Source: Eledone cirrhosa (Eukaryota). Taken from it: a stretch of 64,000 nucleotides of DNA. The notes under the pieces were generated by a model, which was not told the origin of the DNA, made no database searches, and saw only the letters and a list, made by a program, of their open reading frames with translations. This document shows, piece by piece, positions 11,937-23,895 of the stretch (within the stretch, counting starts at the first letter, position 1; each line of letters opens with the position of its first letter). The translations under genes and the position numbers were made by a program. The stretch is from the NCBI GenBank assembly GCA_964016885.1, contig OZ024750.1, positions 54,808,001-54,872,000 on the forward strand, in the 5' to 3' direction.

Positions 11937-12131
11937 TTTTGGATGGCCATTGACTCTTAAGAGCACCTTTGCCCTTTGACAGGTTTTGTTTTTAGTCCTG
12001 CAGGATGTCCAAAGTCACCCTCCTCACCAAGAAAACTTGGTGGGGTTGCCAGTTTAGTAGCCAACGACCCGACCATGAGACAGGGTGTACTAGGATACAT
12101 GTTACCAGTAGCACCAACTGGTGACCTGACA
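11937..12131 (-). mobile_element. Segment homologous to the 5' region (30375-30586) of the minus-strand RTE
   Basis: High identity by eye; diverges abruptly at about 11937. Confidence 0.8.
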
Positions 12132-12144
12132 TATATATATATAT

Positions 12145-13100
12145 ATATGAAAAAGTTTGTCCTCATCAGTGGCCATCCAACCGTCGTAGGCATTTCGTCG
12201 CATTAAAGGCCATATACCTCAGGTTGGTGCGAGCAACGGCTAAAATAAAGTCGTTGGGACACGTAAATAAAGGGGACGCTAGGGTAAACAAACAAAATGG
12301 TTTAAGCAGTACCCTAGCGTCCCCTTTATTTACGTGTCCCAACGACTTTTTTTTAGCCGTTGCTCGCACCAACCTGAGATATATGGCCTTTAATGCGACG
12401 AAATGCCTACGACGGTTGGATGGCCACTGATGAGGACAAACTTTTTCATATGTAACCCATTTGCAGCGCCGCAGCTCCATTATTATCATATTTACACATA
12501 TATTTTTTCCTCCGCTGCCACCAGTCTGTTTCGTTCTTTGTGTCTTTACCCTTTCTAGCAGTCTCTCTGTTAGCCTCTTCCTCACCTTTCACTCACTCAC
12601 TCTCTGTCACCACCTCTCCTCCTCCCCTTTCTTCCCGTTTGACCTGTCCGTAATCCTTTTCTCGCGGACACTTGGCCAAGCCGGTATGAATTTTTTTCTC
12701 TCTCGTCTGCAACTTCACAGAACTTATGTTTACCGAATTCGCAGACCAGACCCCTTCTTCCTCCCGTTAGACCTGTGCGAAATTCCTTCCTTGCTCACAT
12801 TACAACCAGGTTTGATGGTCTTTATTCTCTCGTTCACGATTCCACCAAATTTATATTCATAGAAATCTGGGACTTGTTTCCTTCTTCATCACTTTCTGCT
12901 GCTTAAACCATTTTGTTTGTTTACCCTAGCGTCCCCTTTATTTACGTGTCCCAACGACTTTTTTTTAGCCGTTGCTCGCACCAACCTGAGGTATATGGCC
13001 TCTAATGCGACGAAATGCCTACGACGGTTGGATGGCCACTGATGAGGACAAACTTTTTCATATGTAACCCATTTGCAGCGCCGCAGCTCCATCATTATCA
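12145..13100 (+). mobile_element. Non-autonomous element with Penelope-type architecture: inverted partial repeat plus two direct ~190-bp repeats, flanked by (TA)n
   Basis: 12145-12286 reverse-complements 12310-12451; 12310-12490 is repeated at 12922-13100. Confidence 0.7.
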
Positions 13101-13489
13101 TATATATATATATACGCACATATATTTATAAATATATACTCTTATGTATTGCATTAAATATTCTACACGTGTATATATATATATTTATATGAATATATAT
13201 ATATACTCTTATGTGTATACGTCTGAAAATGTATATATGTATGTAAATATATTTTTATACATACATGTATACATATAGATGGTCAGTTATGCACATAAAA
13301 TATTTCATTTATTTATATACATACAATGAATTATTAACTTATTAAAAACTACAATGTATGATTAAATTATGTTTGATTATAATGTCTATGACAGAAAATT
13401 ATTATAATTGATCTAAATTAATGTTAAAATAAATTTTTAAAAATCTAAATAAACAGTTTATTTGTCAACATAACCGTCGTGATAATATT

Positions 13490-13632
13490 GGTTCCTTATA
13501 TAGGCATAAGACCAACAATTTTTGGGGAGGGGAAAGTAGATTAAATCAACACCAGTGCATTACTGGTATTTTATTTTATCGACCCCGTAAAGATGAAAGG
13601 CAAATTAAACCTCGGAGGGATTTGAACTCAGA
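13490..13632 (-). mobile_element. Nin-domain SINE fragment
   Basis: Minus strand gagttcaaatcc B-box then gcctttcatc...ggggtcgataaaat..taccag; relatives at 31268-31380 and 37615-37806. Confidence 0.75.
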
Positions 13633-15777
13633 TCAGACCGTCGTCATATTACAAATAAAAAGAGAGGGAGTCGGGCTGCTAACTGTAAGGTTCTTGTCTT
13701 TAGGTGGGGGTGTTGTGTTGGTCGTTGGGTAGGAGCTGTTGGCCGATGGGTTGAGCATGTAGTATCACTGAACCACGATCAAGGCTGCGATAGTGATGCT
13801 TCTGTGGTTTCATATTTCAACACAGGCAAGATGATCTATAATATGAACAGCTAAATTGTGGAGAAATTCATTCAATTACTACAGGTCTGACCCTTAGTCT
13901 GAATTATATCTACTTATGTAGGTTTAACTTTACCAAGATTACCGAATCACTGCTCGAACTTGGGGCTTCTGAAACTAACTTATTGTGTTAGCAGATGTTG
14001 GATGAGAATCTTCAATAAAAATGTGGAGAAGCAAGGCATTAGATCGTTCTTTTTGTTTCTATTTGAATTGATTTTTTCATGTTATCTTTTCTTTTGCTTG
14101 TAAATACAACCCACGTATTGTAAGAGTGGTTGAGTTACTGCAGTGTTAATGCTTCAGTGTGTGGAAGCCAAGTTAACAGAGCAGAAATCTTGTTGAGAGA
14201 TGTACTGGTACCAACCACATAATTATGGAGATAACGTTCAGATGAATAATAAATTGTGGAATGTCCTAGCTTTCGTCCTGGTAAGGCTAAGTAGGCTTTT
14301 TGCTGTGTTACCTTAGGTTTGTAAGGACTATTTAAGTCAATATTTCAGTGATTGATTTCTTGTTTTTGGTGGGTAGTCACACGTGGTCGTATGCGTTGCT
14401 TATGTTGACTTATGTGGAGCCCTGAAAATCCCGTCCGGCAGGGACGGCTGCCTAGACAGAATTTTGAGATGTATCAAAAACAGTGGAGGAGAAATAAATA
14501 TAATACATTCACGAAACACGTGTTACACGTAATTACGAATAAAATGTCAAAATGAAACTTGGGTCACTCAATCTTGATATATATTTCATTAGGGAACTAA
14601 CCCTCGTTTAGTACTCTATTGTCTTTAAACTGCGGCTTAAAGCAGCCCACCAAACAATCCCTTTCTAATTCAAGAAGGTATGTGACCTGAAAGAAATTTG
14701 GCTGCTATTTCCAACAGGTCAAGTAACCACATAGAGGTCTTCACTCCTTCTCTCGAAACAAACATATTTGTTATTGTTAGTGGTTTTAGCCAAAAAGTTG
14801 TTGTTGAAATCAGTAATTTTTTACAGGAAAGTTAGAATTAACTAATAAACTTGATACAATTGAGTGAGGGAAGATTTTAGCTGGCCAACATCGAAAACAC
14901 TTTCTAAATGAGACAGAACACTTTGTAGAATAATTATTTCAATGATTCTTTTCTAACTTTTCCTTTCAACTTTCTCTTTCATTTCACTTGTTTTTCCTCC
15001 TTTTCTTTAACCTTCTTATTAGATTATATGTTGTCTTATATTTTCACTTGGACTTTATACTTCTCTGTGTTATATATATATGGTTCCATGTGAAACACCA
15101 TAACTAGAATACAATTGAACAACAAACAAACGATTTGTTTCGATTATAAAGAATTTGTCGTTACAACGAATTATCTTTATACCACCTGAATTTCGTTATA
15201 ACGGAATTTCACTGTATATATATTATGTGTGCGTGCGTGTATATATATATATATAAATATATATAGCAAGAAGGAGACTGATATTCTGGCGGTTTTCGAG
15301 CTTATTCTGAAGTCTGTACAAAAGACTTGCTGTGTTGATTGTTTAACTAAACGTAAGAGTTTAAAGAAAGAAAAATCCTTAATGGATAATTTCACTGCTA
15401 TTTCTAGCAGGGTGAGAGACTACGTAGATATATAATTGATATTTTACTGAGTGATACTTTCTGATTTACCATCAATTAAATACGATCGGAACTGTCTGAA
15501 TGTATTAAATTATATCAGGGAATTTTAACTAATGACACCGGTAAGGGAGTTAAATCATTTCCAATGACACCGAGTACTTGCTGTCTTCAATGTAACTTTA
15601 ATTAATCTAATATATATATATACACAATATATATATTAATTAATATAATATATATATATATACACAATTTTAATTCCCCGACATCAGTCTTACACTGTCA
15701 TATCTATTCTTACTTTACAATTGTGTCTACTAAGAGTTCCATTACAATCTATAGTAGTAAAACTACTATTTCACCAG

Positions 15778-16062
15778 AACATCTGCTATCAGTCATTTAT
15801 AGACAATATATATATTTTAGACCACATATCAACCTAATATATATATATTTCCTATCAAATCTGTAGCTAAAGACATAAAGTCAGCCTCACTACTTCATTC
15901 TGACAAGATATCAATTTATGACTAAAGATGAAGATACACCAACGTTAATGTCGTGAAATAAAGCTGATAACATTGAAACTTCTAATTTGATAACAAAGAG
16001 ATTATTTCTTTGGTTGTTTAGTAAAACCTAACAACACAACACATTGATTATATGTGAAGGAG
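15778..16062 (+). other. Putative non-coding exon of ZNF gene 1 (donor GAG|GTAAGT at 16063; acceptor uncertain)
   Basis: Donor and flanks conserved in three paralogs (16063, 32506, 63441). Confidence 0.55.
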
Positions 16063-16386
16063 GTAAGTTGACAAAGATTTACTTAATGTCTATATTAATG
16101 TACGTAAATAATATAATTATGTGAAGCCTACAACGATACCAGATTCCACTGTTACATGTGATATAAAATATATTGTTATCATGACTGTCTTTATTATTTA
16201 AATAATTGCTGGCCTTGTGCCTAAAGTAGAAACAATTATTTAAATACCTCCGTTTATATTTCAACCACTGGAACAACCTCAAACAAGAAACAGTTGTCAC
16301 ACCCTCAGTCAACATTTTTAATGTAAAAAAACAAAATATATGTTATGAGTGTATATAGGTAGATGTATGTTGTGTGTGTATATATA

Positions 16387-16970
16387 CAGTAATCCCCCGC
16401 TATATCGCGGTTCACTTTTCGCGGTCCCGTTACATCGCGGATATTTCTTTGGAACGTATCTAATTTCCTATCGCGGTAATCCTCGCCACATCGCAGATTA
16501 TTCGTTAGAACATATCTATTTACTTATCGCGGTACGTCTGAATAAAAAGTGTTTAAAATTTAAACTTATTAAATAAGTTTCAATGTTATTAAAGTGTATA
16601 TCGTAAGGAAGGGACATCTTAAGGCTTTAATTATGAACAAATGTTTATATTTTTCATTCCATTACTGTTTTACTGATTGTGTTTTGCTCTAATCTACTAC
16701 AAACCCTTCATAGATTGACGGGAGATGTCCAGTGTATTACCAAGTGGCTACCGTAGCTGGCAATAGTCCTCATTGGTAACTAGTGGTACGATAGTTGGTG
16801 GTAGTTTCTATACGATCGTTACTGGTTGTTTTTGGTGTTTAAATACAAAAGTGTGTTTTAATTAGTTTATATCTACTTAAAGCATGTATGAGAGGTATTT
16901 TAAGGCTTAAACTATGAAAACAACGGTTGTCTTTATGGTCTCTCTATATCACGGTAGTTTCTGGAACGTA
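16387..16970 (+). mobile_element. Tigger/pogo-like MITE remnant
   Basis: TA|CAGTAATCCCCCGCTATATCGCGG terminus with repeated atcgcgg; paralog at 36670-37215. Confidence 0.6.
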
Positions 16971-16973
16971 TCC

Positions 16974-17158
16974 TGGCTTAGTGGTTAGAGGATTGGGCTT
17001 ACAATTAAAAGGTGGTGAGTTCGTTTCTCGGGCCGGGTGATGTGTTGTTTCGTTGAGCAAGACACTCTATTTTACGTTGCTCCAGTTTACTCAGCTGTAG
17101 AAATGAGTTGTGATGTTACTGGTGCCAAACTGTATCGGCCATAGCCTTTCCCTTGGAC
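16974..17158 (+). mobile_element. tRNA-derived SINE
   Basis: A box TGGCTTAGTGG, B box gagttcgtttc, central ttgagcaagacact; paralog at 37222-37400. Confidence 0.75.
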
Positions 17159-17515
17159 ATATATATAGTGTATATATTCTGTATAATATATATAGTGTAT
17201 ATATACTGTATAATATATTTATATATACTGTATATATACTGTATAATATATATTGTATATATATATGTTGTGATGTTACTAGTCCCAAGCTGTATCGGCC
17301 ATAGCCTTTCTCTTGGACATATATATAGTGTATATATACTGCACACAGTGTATATATAATATATAAATAATATATACACTGTGTGCAGTATATATACGTT
17401 GTGACGTCACTGGTGCCAAGCTGTATTGGCCATTGCTTTTCTCTTGGACATCATATATAGTGTATATATATAATGTATATAGTGTATATATACTGTACAC
17501 AGTGTATATATGTAT

Positions 17516-20485
17516 ATCATCATCACTGTTTTACGTCCCTTCTTCCACGGTAGTATGGGTTAGACAGGTTGTCCTGTTGTGGGCAGTGCCAGGTAGGGTG
17601 ACCTTGTCTTGCTCAGATGGGAACCGATTTTGGCTTGATTTTTACAGCTGGATGCCCTTTGTTTTAATGAGTTTATATCTACTTAAAGCATGTATGAGAG
17701 GTATTTTAAGGCTTAAACTATGAAAACAACGGTTGTCTTTATGGTCTCTCTATATCACGGTAGTTTCTGGAACGTATCCTCACAGTGAGTGATGGGTGCT
17801 ATTTTGTTGTGACACCTCCGTGGCCACTTTACAGTGGGAGGGGGTAGGGGCATATTGTCTATATGCTTCAGTTTCGGCTTGTACCCGTGGGAAGTCTGGT
17901 CTTCTATATTACTGTGTGAAACCAGAGGTCACGGTCCGGTGTCATCGCCTTCGGGTGGTGCAATTGAGTAAGGTCAGCTTTCATCACCTCATCCCAGGTC
18001 TTCTTGGGTTTCCCCACTCCATGGCTTCCATTGACTGCTAGTGCTCTGCATCTGTTTATGTAGCTTTCATCCTTCATACACATCACATGTCCATACCAAC
18101 ACAACCTCCTCCCCTTCACACAGCATTTGATTCCTCTTATGCTCAGTCTGTCTTTCAATTTGTTAATGCTTTACCGTTCATGTATATTAATATTACACAT
18201 CCATCGGAGCATGCAAGCGTCGTTTCTTTCTAATCTACGCAAGTCTTCTACACATAGCGCCCAGGTCTCACTACCATTGTTTGGTGGTGCTTGTTTCTTT
18301 AGTTCTGCCATAGATTCAGCTATAAGTGTAAGATCATCCGCATATAGGAGTTCCTATGGGCATCCGGTCTTAAACTCTTCTGTTATAGCCTGCAATACTA
18401 TAATAAACAGGAGAGGGGTAAGAACAGAGCCCTGGTGGACACCGACCTGTATGCTAAATTCCTCGCTATAGTCATTGTTAACTCTTTGCTGACTGCTCCC
18501 CTATACATGGCATGTACAGCTTTCACAAGCCAATAATCTACTCCTAGTTTTCTAAGAGGCCACCAGATTATAGCAAGGGGCACTCTGTCGAAGACTTTTT
18601 CCAGATCGACAAAAGCCAGGTGGAGCGGCTTGCTTTTAGCTAGGTACTTTTCCTGTAACTGCCTCAGAAGGAAGAGGGCATCAGTGGTGCTTTTTCCTGG
18701 CACAAACCCAAACTGCATCTCACCTAGTTTTACCCAGTCCCTGATCAACTGTGCTATGACTCTTTCCATTACTTTCATAACCTGGTCCATCAGCGTTATA
18801 CCTCTATAGTTTATTCTATCTAGTGCATCTACTTTAACCTTGTAGCAGTTGACAATGATGCTGTTGCACCAATCCTTTGGTATGACACCCACTAGTATTC
18901 CCTGATTAACAATATATGGTTATTACTTTATCTACCCATTTCTCAGTTAATAGTATACCTACACCACCCATCCCATTGTCATTTCCCACCCAGAAAAGTT
19001 TATAGCACTAACTTTCGCCTACAAGGACTCTATCGGACTCTCCTCTCCATCTAGTCTCTTGCCCAGAGCATACATCAATATCCTTTCACTCTAGCATGTC
19101 TATAATTTCTCCTTCCCTTCCTTCCATTGTGCTTATGTTGATGCTGCCAACTAAGAGTTTTGGACATTTGCCATCATTTGTGGGAGAGGGTGAATTTTTG
19201 CGGGGGAGTGTGTATGCTTCCTGTCTCTGAATTAAAGCTTCGTATGGGTGCTTGGTAACTCGCGGATTTATATTGATTTATTTATTCGGGGTTGTTCCAT
19301 TTATCCTTCACTCCTCCATACATAACAGTAAACAAGAATTCTTTGGTGCAGGGCTAGAAGGACAGTAGTAGTAATGGCAGAGTTTGTTTGGGTTGGTAAG
19401 GGCTAGAAGGACAGTAGTAGCAATGGCAGAGTTTGTTGGGGCTGGTAAGGGCTAGAAGCACAGTAGTAGTAATGGCAGAGTTTGTTGGGGCTAGTAAGGG
19501 CTAGAAGGACAGTAGTAGTAATGGCAGAGTTTGTTGGGGCTAGAAGGACAGTAGTAGCAATGGCAGAGTTTGTTGGGGCTGGTAAGGGCTAGAAGGACAG
19601 TAGTAGCAATGGCAGAGTTTGTTGGGGCTGGTAAGGGCTAGAAGCACAGTAGTAGTAATGGCAGAGTTTGTTGGGGCTGGTAAGGTCTAGAAGGACTAGT
19701 AGTAATGGCAGAGTTTTGGGGGCTGGTAAGGTCTAGAAGGACAGTAGTAGTAATGGCAGAGTTTGTTGGGGCTGGTAAGGGCTAGAAGGACAGTAGTAGT
19801 AATGGCAGAGTTTGTTGGAGCTGGTAAGGTCTAGAAGGACTAGTAGTAATGGCAGAGTTTGTTGGGGCTGGTAAGGTCTAGAAGGACAGTAGTAGTAATG
19901 GCAGAGTTTGTTGGGGCTGGTAAGGGCTAGAAGGACAGTAGTAGTAATGGCAGAGTTTGTTGGGGCTGGTAAGGGCTAGAAGGACAGTAGTAGTAATGGC
20001 AGAGTTTGTTGGGGCTGGTAAGGGCTAGGAGGACAGTAGTAATAATGGCAGAGTTTGTTGGGAATAGTAATGGGTAAGGACATGTTGCTGAGGTTTGATT
20101 GGTCAAATAGCCTATGGTGGTGAGTGGGAAATTGTGAGATAGGTAGCCATCATGACATATATCATCACAGCAGATTCGGGGGAAATAAGCAGATATAAGT
20201 AGACATATTAGACAAGGCAAGTATGCAAGAACTTCAAAGATGGTCACCTAGCTTTGAAAACACCGAAATGAATGAGTGAGAGAAAGGGGAGGTAATGGCG
20301 GGGGTTAGGGATGAGTTTGTAGAGAAAGACATAATGTCCAACATGGTTTATATCAAAAACAAGGTCGAAGTATATACGTTGTGGAAACAAGTGAATGATA
20401 ATAATAATAATGTAAACAGAACATTTTGAAATTGGGGAAGAGAGATAGCTGTAGAATAGAAATAATCTATGGATGTCTTGGATAT
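17516..20485 (-). mobile_element. Internally deleted, decayed RTE LINE
   Basis: RT fragments 17904-18892 (AFVDLEKVFDRVP) homologous to the intact copy; 3' tail at 17516; 5' UTR-like region beyond 19100. Confidence 0.85.
19351..20062. repeat. 49-bp minisatellite (about 14 copies)
   Basis: gggctagaaggacagtagtagtaatggcagagtttgttggggctggtaa. Confidence 0.95.
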
Positions 20486-20823
20486 AAGTTATATATATAT
20501 GTTGTGATGTCACTGGTGCCAAGCCCTGTCAGCCATTGCCTTTCCCTTGGACAACATATATAGTGTATACATATATTGTACACAGTGTATATATATACAC
20601 TATATATATATATAGTGTATATATATGTTGTGATGTCACTGGTGCCAAGCTGTGTCAGCCATTACCTTTCCCTTGGACATATATATAGTGTATATATACT
20701 GTATAATATATATAGTGTATATATATGTTGTGATGTCACAAGTGCCAAGCTGTATCGGCCATAGCCTTTCTCTTGGACAACATATATAGGGTATTATATA
20801 TACTGTACACAGTGTATATATAC

Positions 20824-21190
20824 ATCATCATCATCATCGTTTAACGTCCATCTTCCACGCTAGCATGGGTTTGGACGGGAGTTTTCCCACTTGAGGCAAG
20901 AATGGTTATCTTGCTCGCATAGGACTGTCTGGTGGGTTTTCTACGGCTGGATGCCCTTCCTAACACCAACCACATTTACAGTGTGGACTGGGAGGTTTTT
21001 ACCGTGTTACCTACACGGCCACATTACAGCGTGGACTGTGTGTTTTTTTTTTTTGACGTGACACCTACACGACCTCATTTATTTCGGACTGGATGTTGTG
21101 GTTCCAACATAATTTCACATTTAAGGGGGTGGTGTGGATTGGTGCGGGTAGTGGGACGGGGGTGTATTTTGTTAGAGGTACCTACTGACT
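20824..21190 (-). mobile_element. RTE 3' UTR fragment
   Basis: (CAT)n plus the ggatgcccttcctaacaccaacc motif shared with the other RTE tails. Confidence 0.85.
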
Positions 21191-22139
21191 GTTGCTTTCA
21201 GCAGGTTCACTTTCAAGGATTGCCACTGTTACTCTATATTACATGTCTCTAATTGATCTTCCTTATTGTCAAAGGCATCAAGTAATAGGCTTTTAAATTT
21301 GTCACTGGCTATGGGGTCCTTTAACTTCCATAATCTTCTACTCAAGGTAGTCTACAATTTACCAATATAGAAATATAAAATTTCCACTGTTAAATCTATC
21401 TCTGCTTCTAAAGTATTCTGTATTATCTCATACTGTTTCTTTCTTATTTCAGAATATCAGATGACATTGGGATAAATTATTATTTTCAATCTTGGATACA
21501 TCACCTCTATTTATCATCATTTTAAGACTAAAACATTCTAAGCAGAACTTATATAACACTGTTTATATAAATCTCTCGTCGTATTACTGTGAAATATTTC
21601 CTCAAAACTGAGTTTATTTTCTTCACTATCAGATGATTTTGTATTTTAACTAAACGTGGATGAAAAAGAAGTTTGTATTATCTTCAGATATTAACTGAAA
21701 TATAGTTGAGGGAAATATAGAAGAAGAAATATTTTATAAGAAATATAATATAAAAAAATTACAAGGAAAACATCTGTATATTCTGTTGAAGAAGGAATAA
21801 TTATGGAAAATAATTGACAAAGAAGATTTAATGCGAAACACAATCTAAAGTGTTTAGTATTCCTGGTGAGATGACGAAGGTTAGAGAAGAGAAGCCATAT
21901 CACTGTGATATCTGGTAAATCATTTAATAAACTTAGTACCTTTAACTACTCACAAAGTTATACATACAGAAGATAAGCCATATTGTGATATCTGTGGTAA
22001 ATCATTCTCTCGAAGTAGTGACTTAACTTCTCACATACGTACCCATACAGGAGATAAGCCATATCACTGTGATATCTGTAGTAAATCATTCTCTCTCAGC
22101 AGTCACTTAACTGATCCCAAACCTACCCATACAGGAGGC

Positions 22140-22964
22140 ATGCCATATCACTGTGATATCTGTGGTAAATCATTCTCTGGTAGTAGTTCTTTAATTAGGC
22201 ATAAACGTATACATACAGGAGAGAAACCATATCAATGCGATATCTGTGGTAAATCATTCTCTAATAGTAGTACCTTAACTTCTCACATACATACCCATAC
22301 AGGTGAGAAACCATATCACTGCAATATCTGTGGTAAATCATTCTCTCAAAATAGTCACGTAACTGATCACAAACGTATACATACAGGAGACAAGCCATAT
22401 CACTGTGATATCTGTGGTACATCATTCTCTCAAAGTAGTCACTTAACTTCCCACAAACGTATACATACAGGAGACAAGCCATATCACTGTGATATCTGTG
22501 GTAAATCATACTCTGATAGTAGTCACTTAACTAGACACAAACGTACACATACGGGAGACAAGCCATATCACTGTGATATCTGTGGTAAATCATTCTCTCT
22601 AAGTGGTACCTTAACTAGCCACAAATGTACCCATACAGGAGAGAAGCCATATCACTGTGATATCTGTGGTAAATCATTCTCTCTAAGTAGTACCTTAACT
22701 AGCCACAAACGTACCCATACAGGAGAGAAGCCATATCACTGTGATATCTGTGGTAAATCATTCTCTGAAAGTAGATCCTTATTTAAGCATAAACGTATAC
22801 ATACAGGAGACAAGCCATATCACTGTGATATCTGTGGTATATCATTCTCTCAAAGTAGTAACTTAACTGCACATAAACGTACCCATACAGGAGACAAGCC
22901 ATATCACTGTGATATCTGTGGTAAATCGTTCTCTTCTAAAGAGTACTTAATGCAACACAATTAG
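22140..22964 (+). CDS. Tandem C2H2 zinc-finger protein (9 complete fingers, 1 partial); ancestral N-terminus disrupted, so possibly a pseudogene
   Basis: CxxC-x12-HxxxH with TGEKP/TGDKP linkers; acceptor at 21451-52; AATAAA at ~23025; ancestral ATG 21803 followed by TGA 21815. Confidence 0.85.
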   Translation: MPYHCDICGKSFSGSSSLIRHKRIHTGEKPYQCDICGKSFSNSSTLTSHIHTHTGEKPYHCNICGKSFSQNSHVTDHKRIHTGDKPYHCDICGTSFSQSSHLTSHKRIHTGDKPYHCDICGKSYSDSSHLTRHKRTHTGDKPYHCDICGKSFSLSGTLTSHKCTHTGEKPYHCDICGKSFSLSSTLTSHKRTHTGEKPYHCDICGKSFSESRSLFKHKRIHTGDKPYHCDICGISFSQSSNLTAHKRTHTGDKPYHCDICGKSFSSKEYLMQHN

Positions 22965-23264
22965 ACAAGATGAAAACCATGTCACTCACCCAAAATAGTG
23001 CCACCAATGTTGTTAATATTTTCAATAAAACTGTTTTACTAAGAAATTCTTCTCGTTTCATTTTATTTGTAGAAGTTGTAACCAAGACTTGTGCTGACAA
23101 AACTGTATTGTTCAGGATTTACACATGTTATATATATATGAATGTATGTGTGTAGAAATTTGTGTCCATGTATATGTTGTATCTATGTTTGTATATACGT
23201 GTGCATATCTGTGTTTGATTTATTTGTGTATGTATGTGTGTATATGTAAGTCAACTTCATCTAC

Positions 23265-23890
23265 ATCATCACTGTTTTTATGTCGGTTTTTCCATGCTTG
23301 CTTGGTTGGACAGGTCCTTCTCAATATGGCATCTCTCAACTTATCGTGTTCCTTTGTCATCTCCTCTGTGAGAGTCAGTTCTTTGCAGTCAGTTCACACA
23401 GCCTCTGTCTAGGTCTTTCTTGGTCTACCGCTACTATGGTTTCCTTCTACCGTGATTTCCTGGCACTTCTTCACCCAGCGGTCATTATCCATGTGCATCA
23501 CATGTCGTACAAACACAGTCTTCTCTCTTACACACCACTTCAGATCACTCTTAAACCCAGCTTCTTCTTGTACTCATCCAAGCTCTGCCTTTCTCTCACA
23601 CTTACATAACATATCCTACAAAACATGGTTGTTTCATTTCTCTCCAGTCTACATATCCTCTGCAGTCACAGCCCTTGTTTAGTTACCATACATCATTGTA
23701 CATCACCCACATGTGTCATACAGTTGTCCTTTTGTACAGAGAGAGAAACCTTTTGTGGTCAACAGTTGCAGTAGCTCTCTAAACCTTTTCCATCCTATCC
23801 TTATTCTAGCTATTCATCTTTCAGAGCAGTCCCCTCCACTGCTAATTAAGTCAACTAGATTGTAAAAGCTATCAACCACTTCTAAGTGTG
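23265..23890 (-). mobile_element. Old RTE 3' fragment
   Basis: Degenerate homology to the RTE C-terminus and tail. Confidence 0.65.
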
Positions 23891-23895
23891 TATAA

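Noticed and set aside
16974-17040. tRNA gene
   Set aside because: A and B boxes only, no cloverleaf; continues into a SINE body
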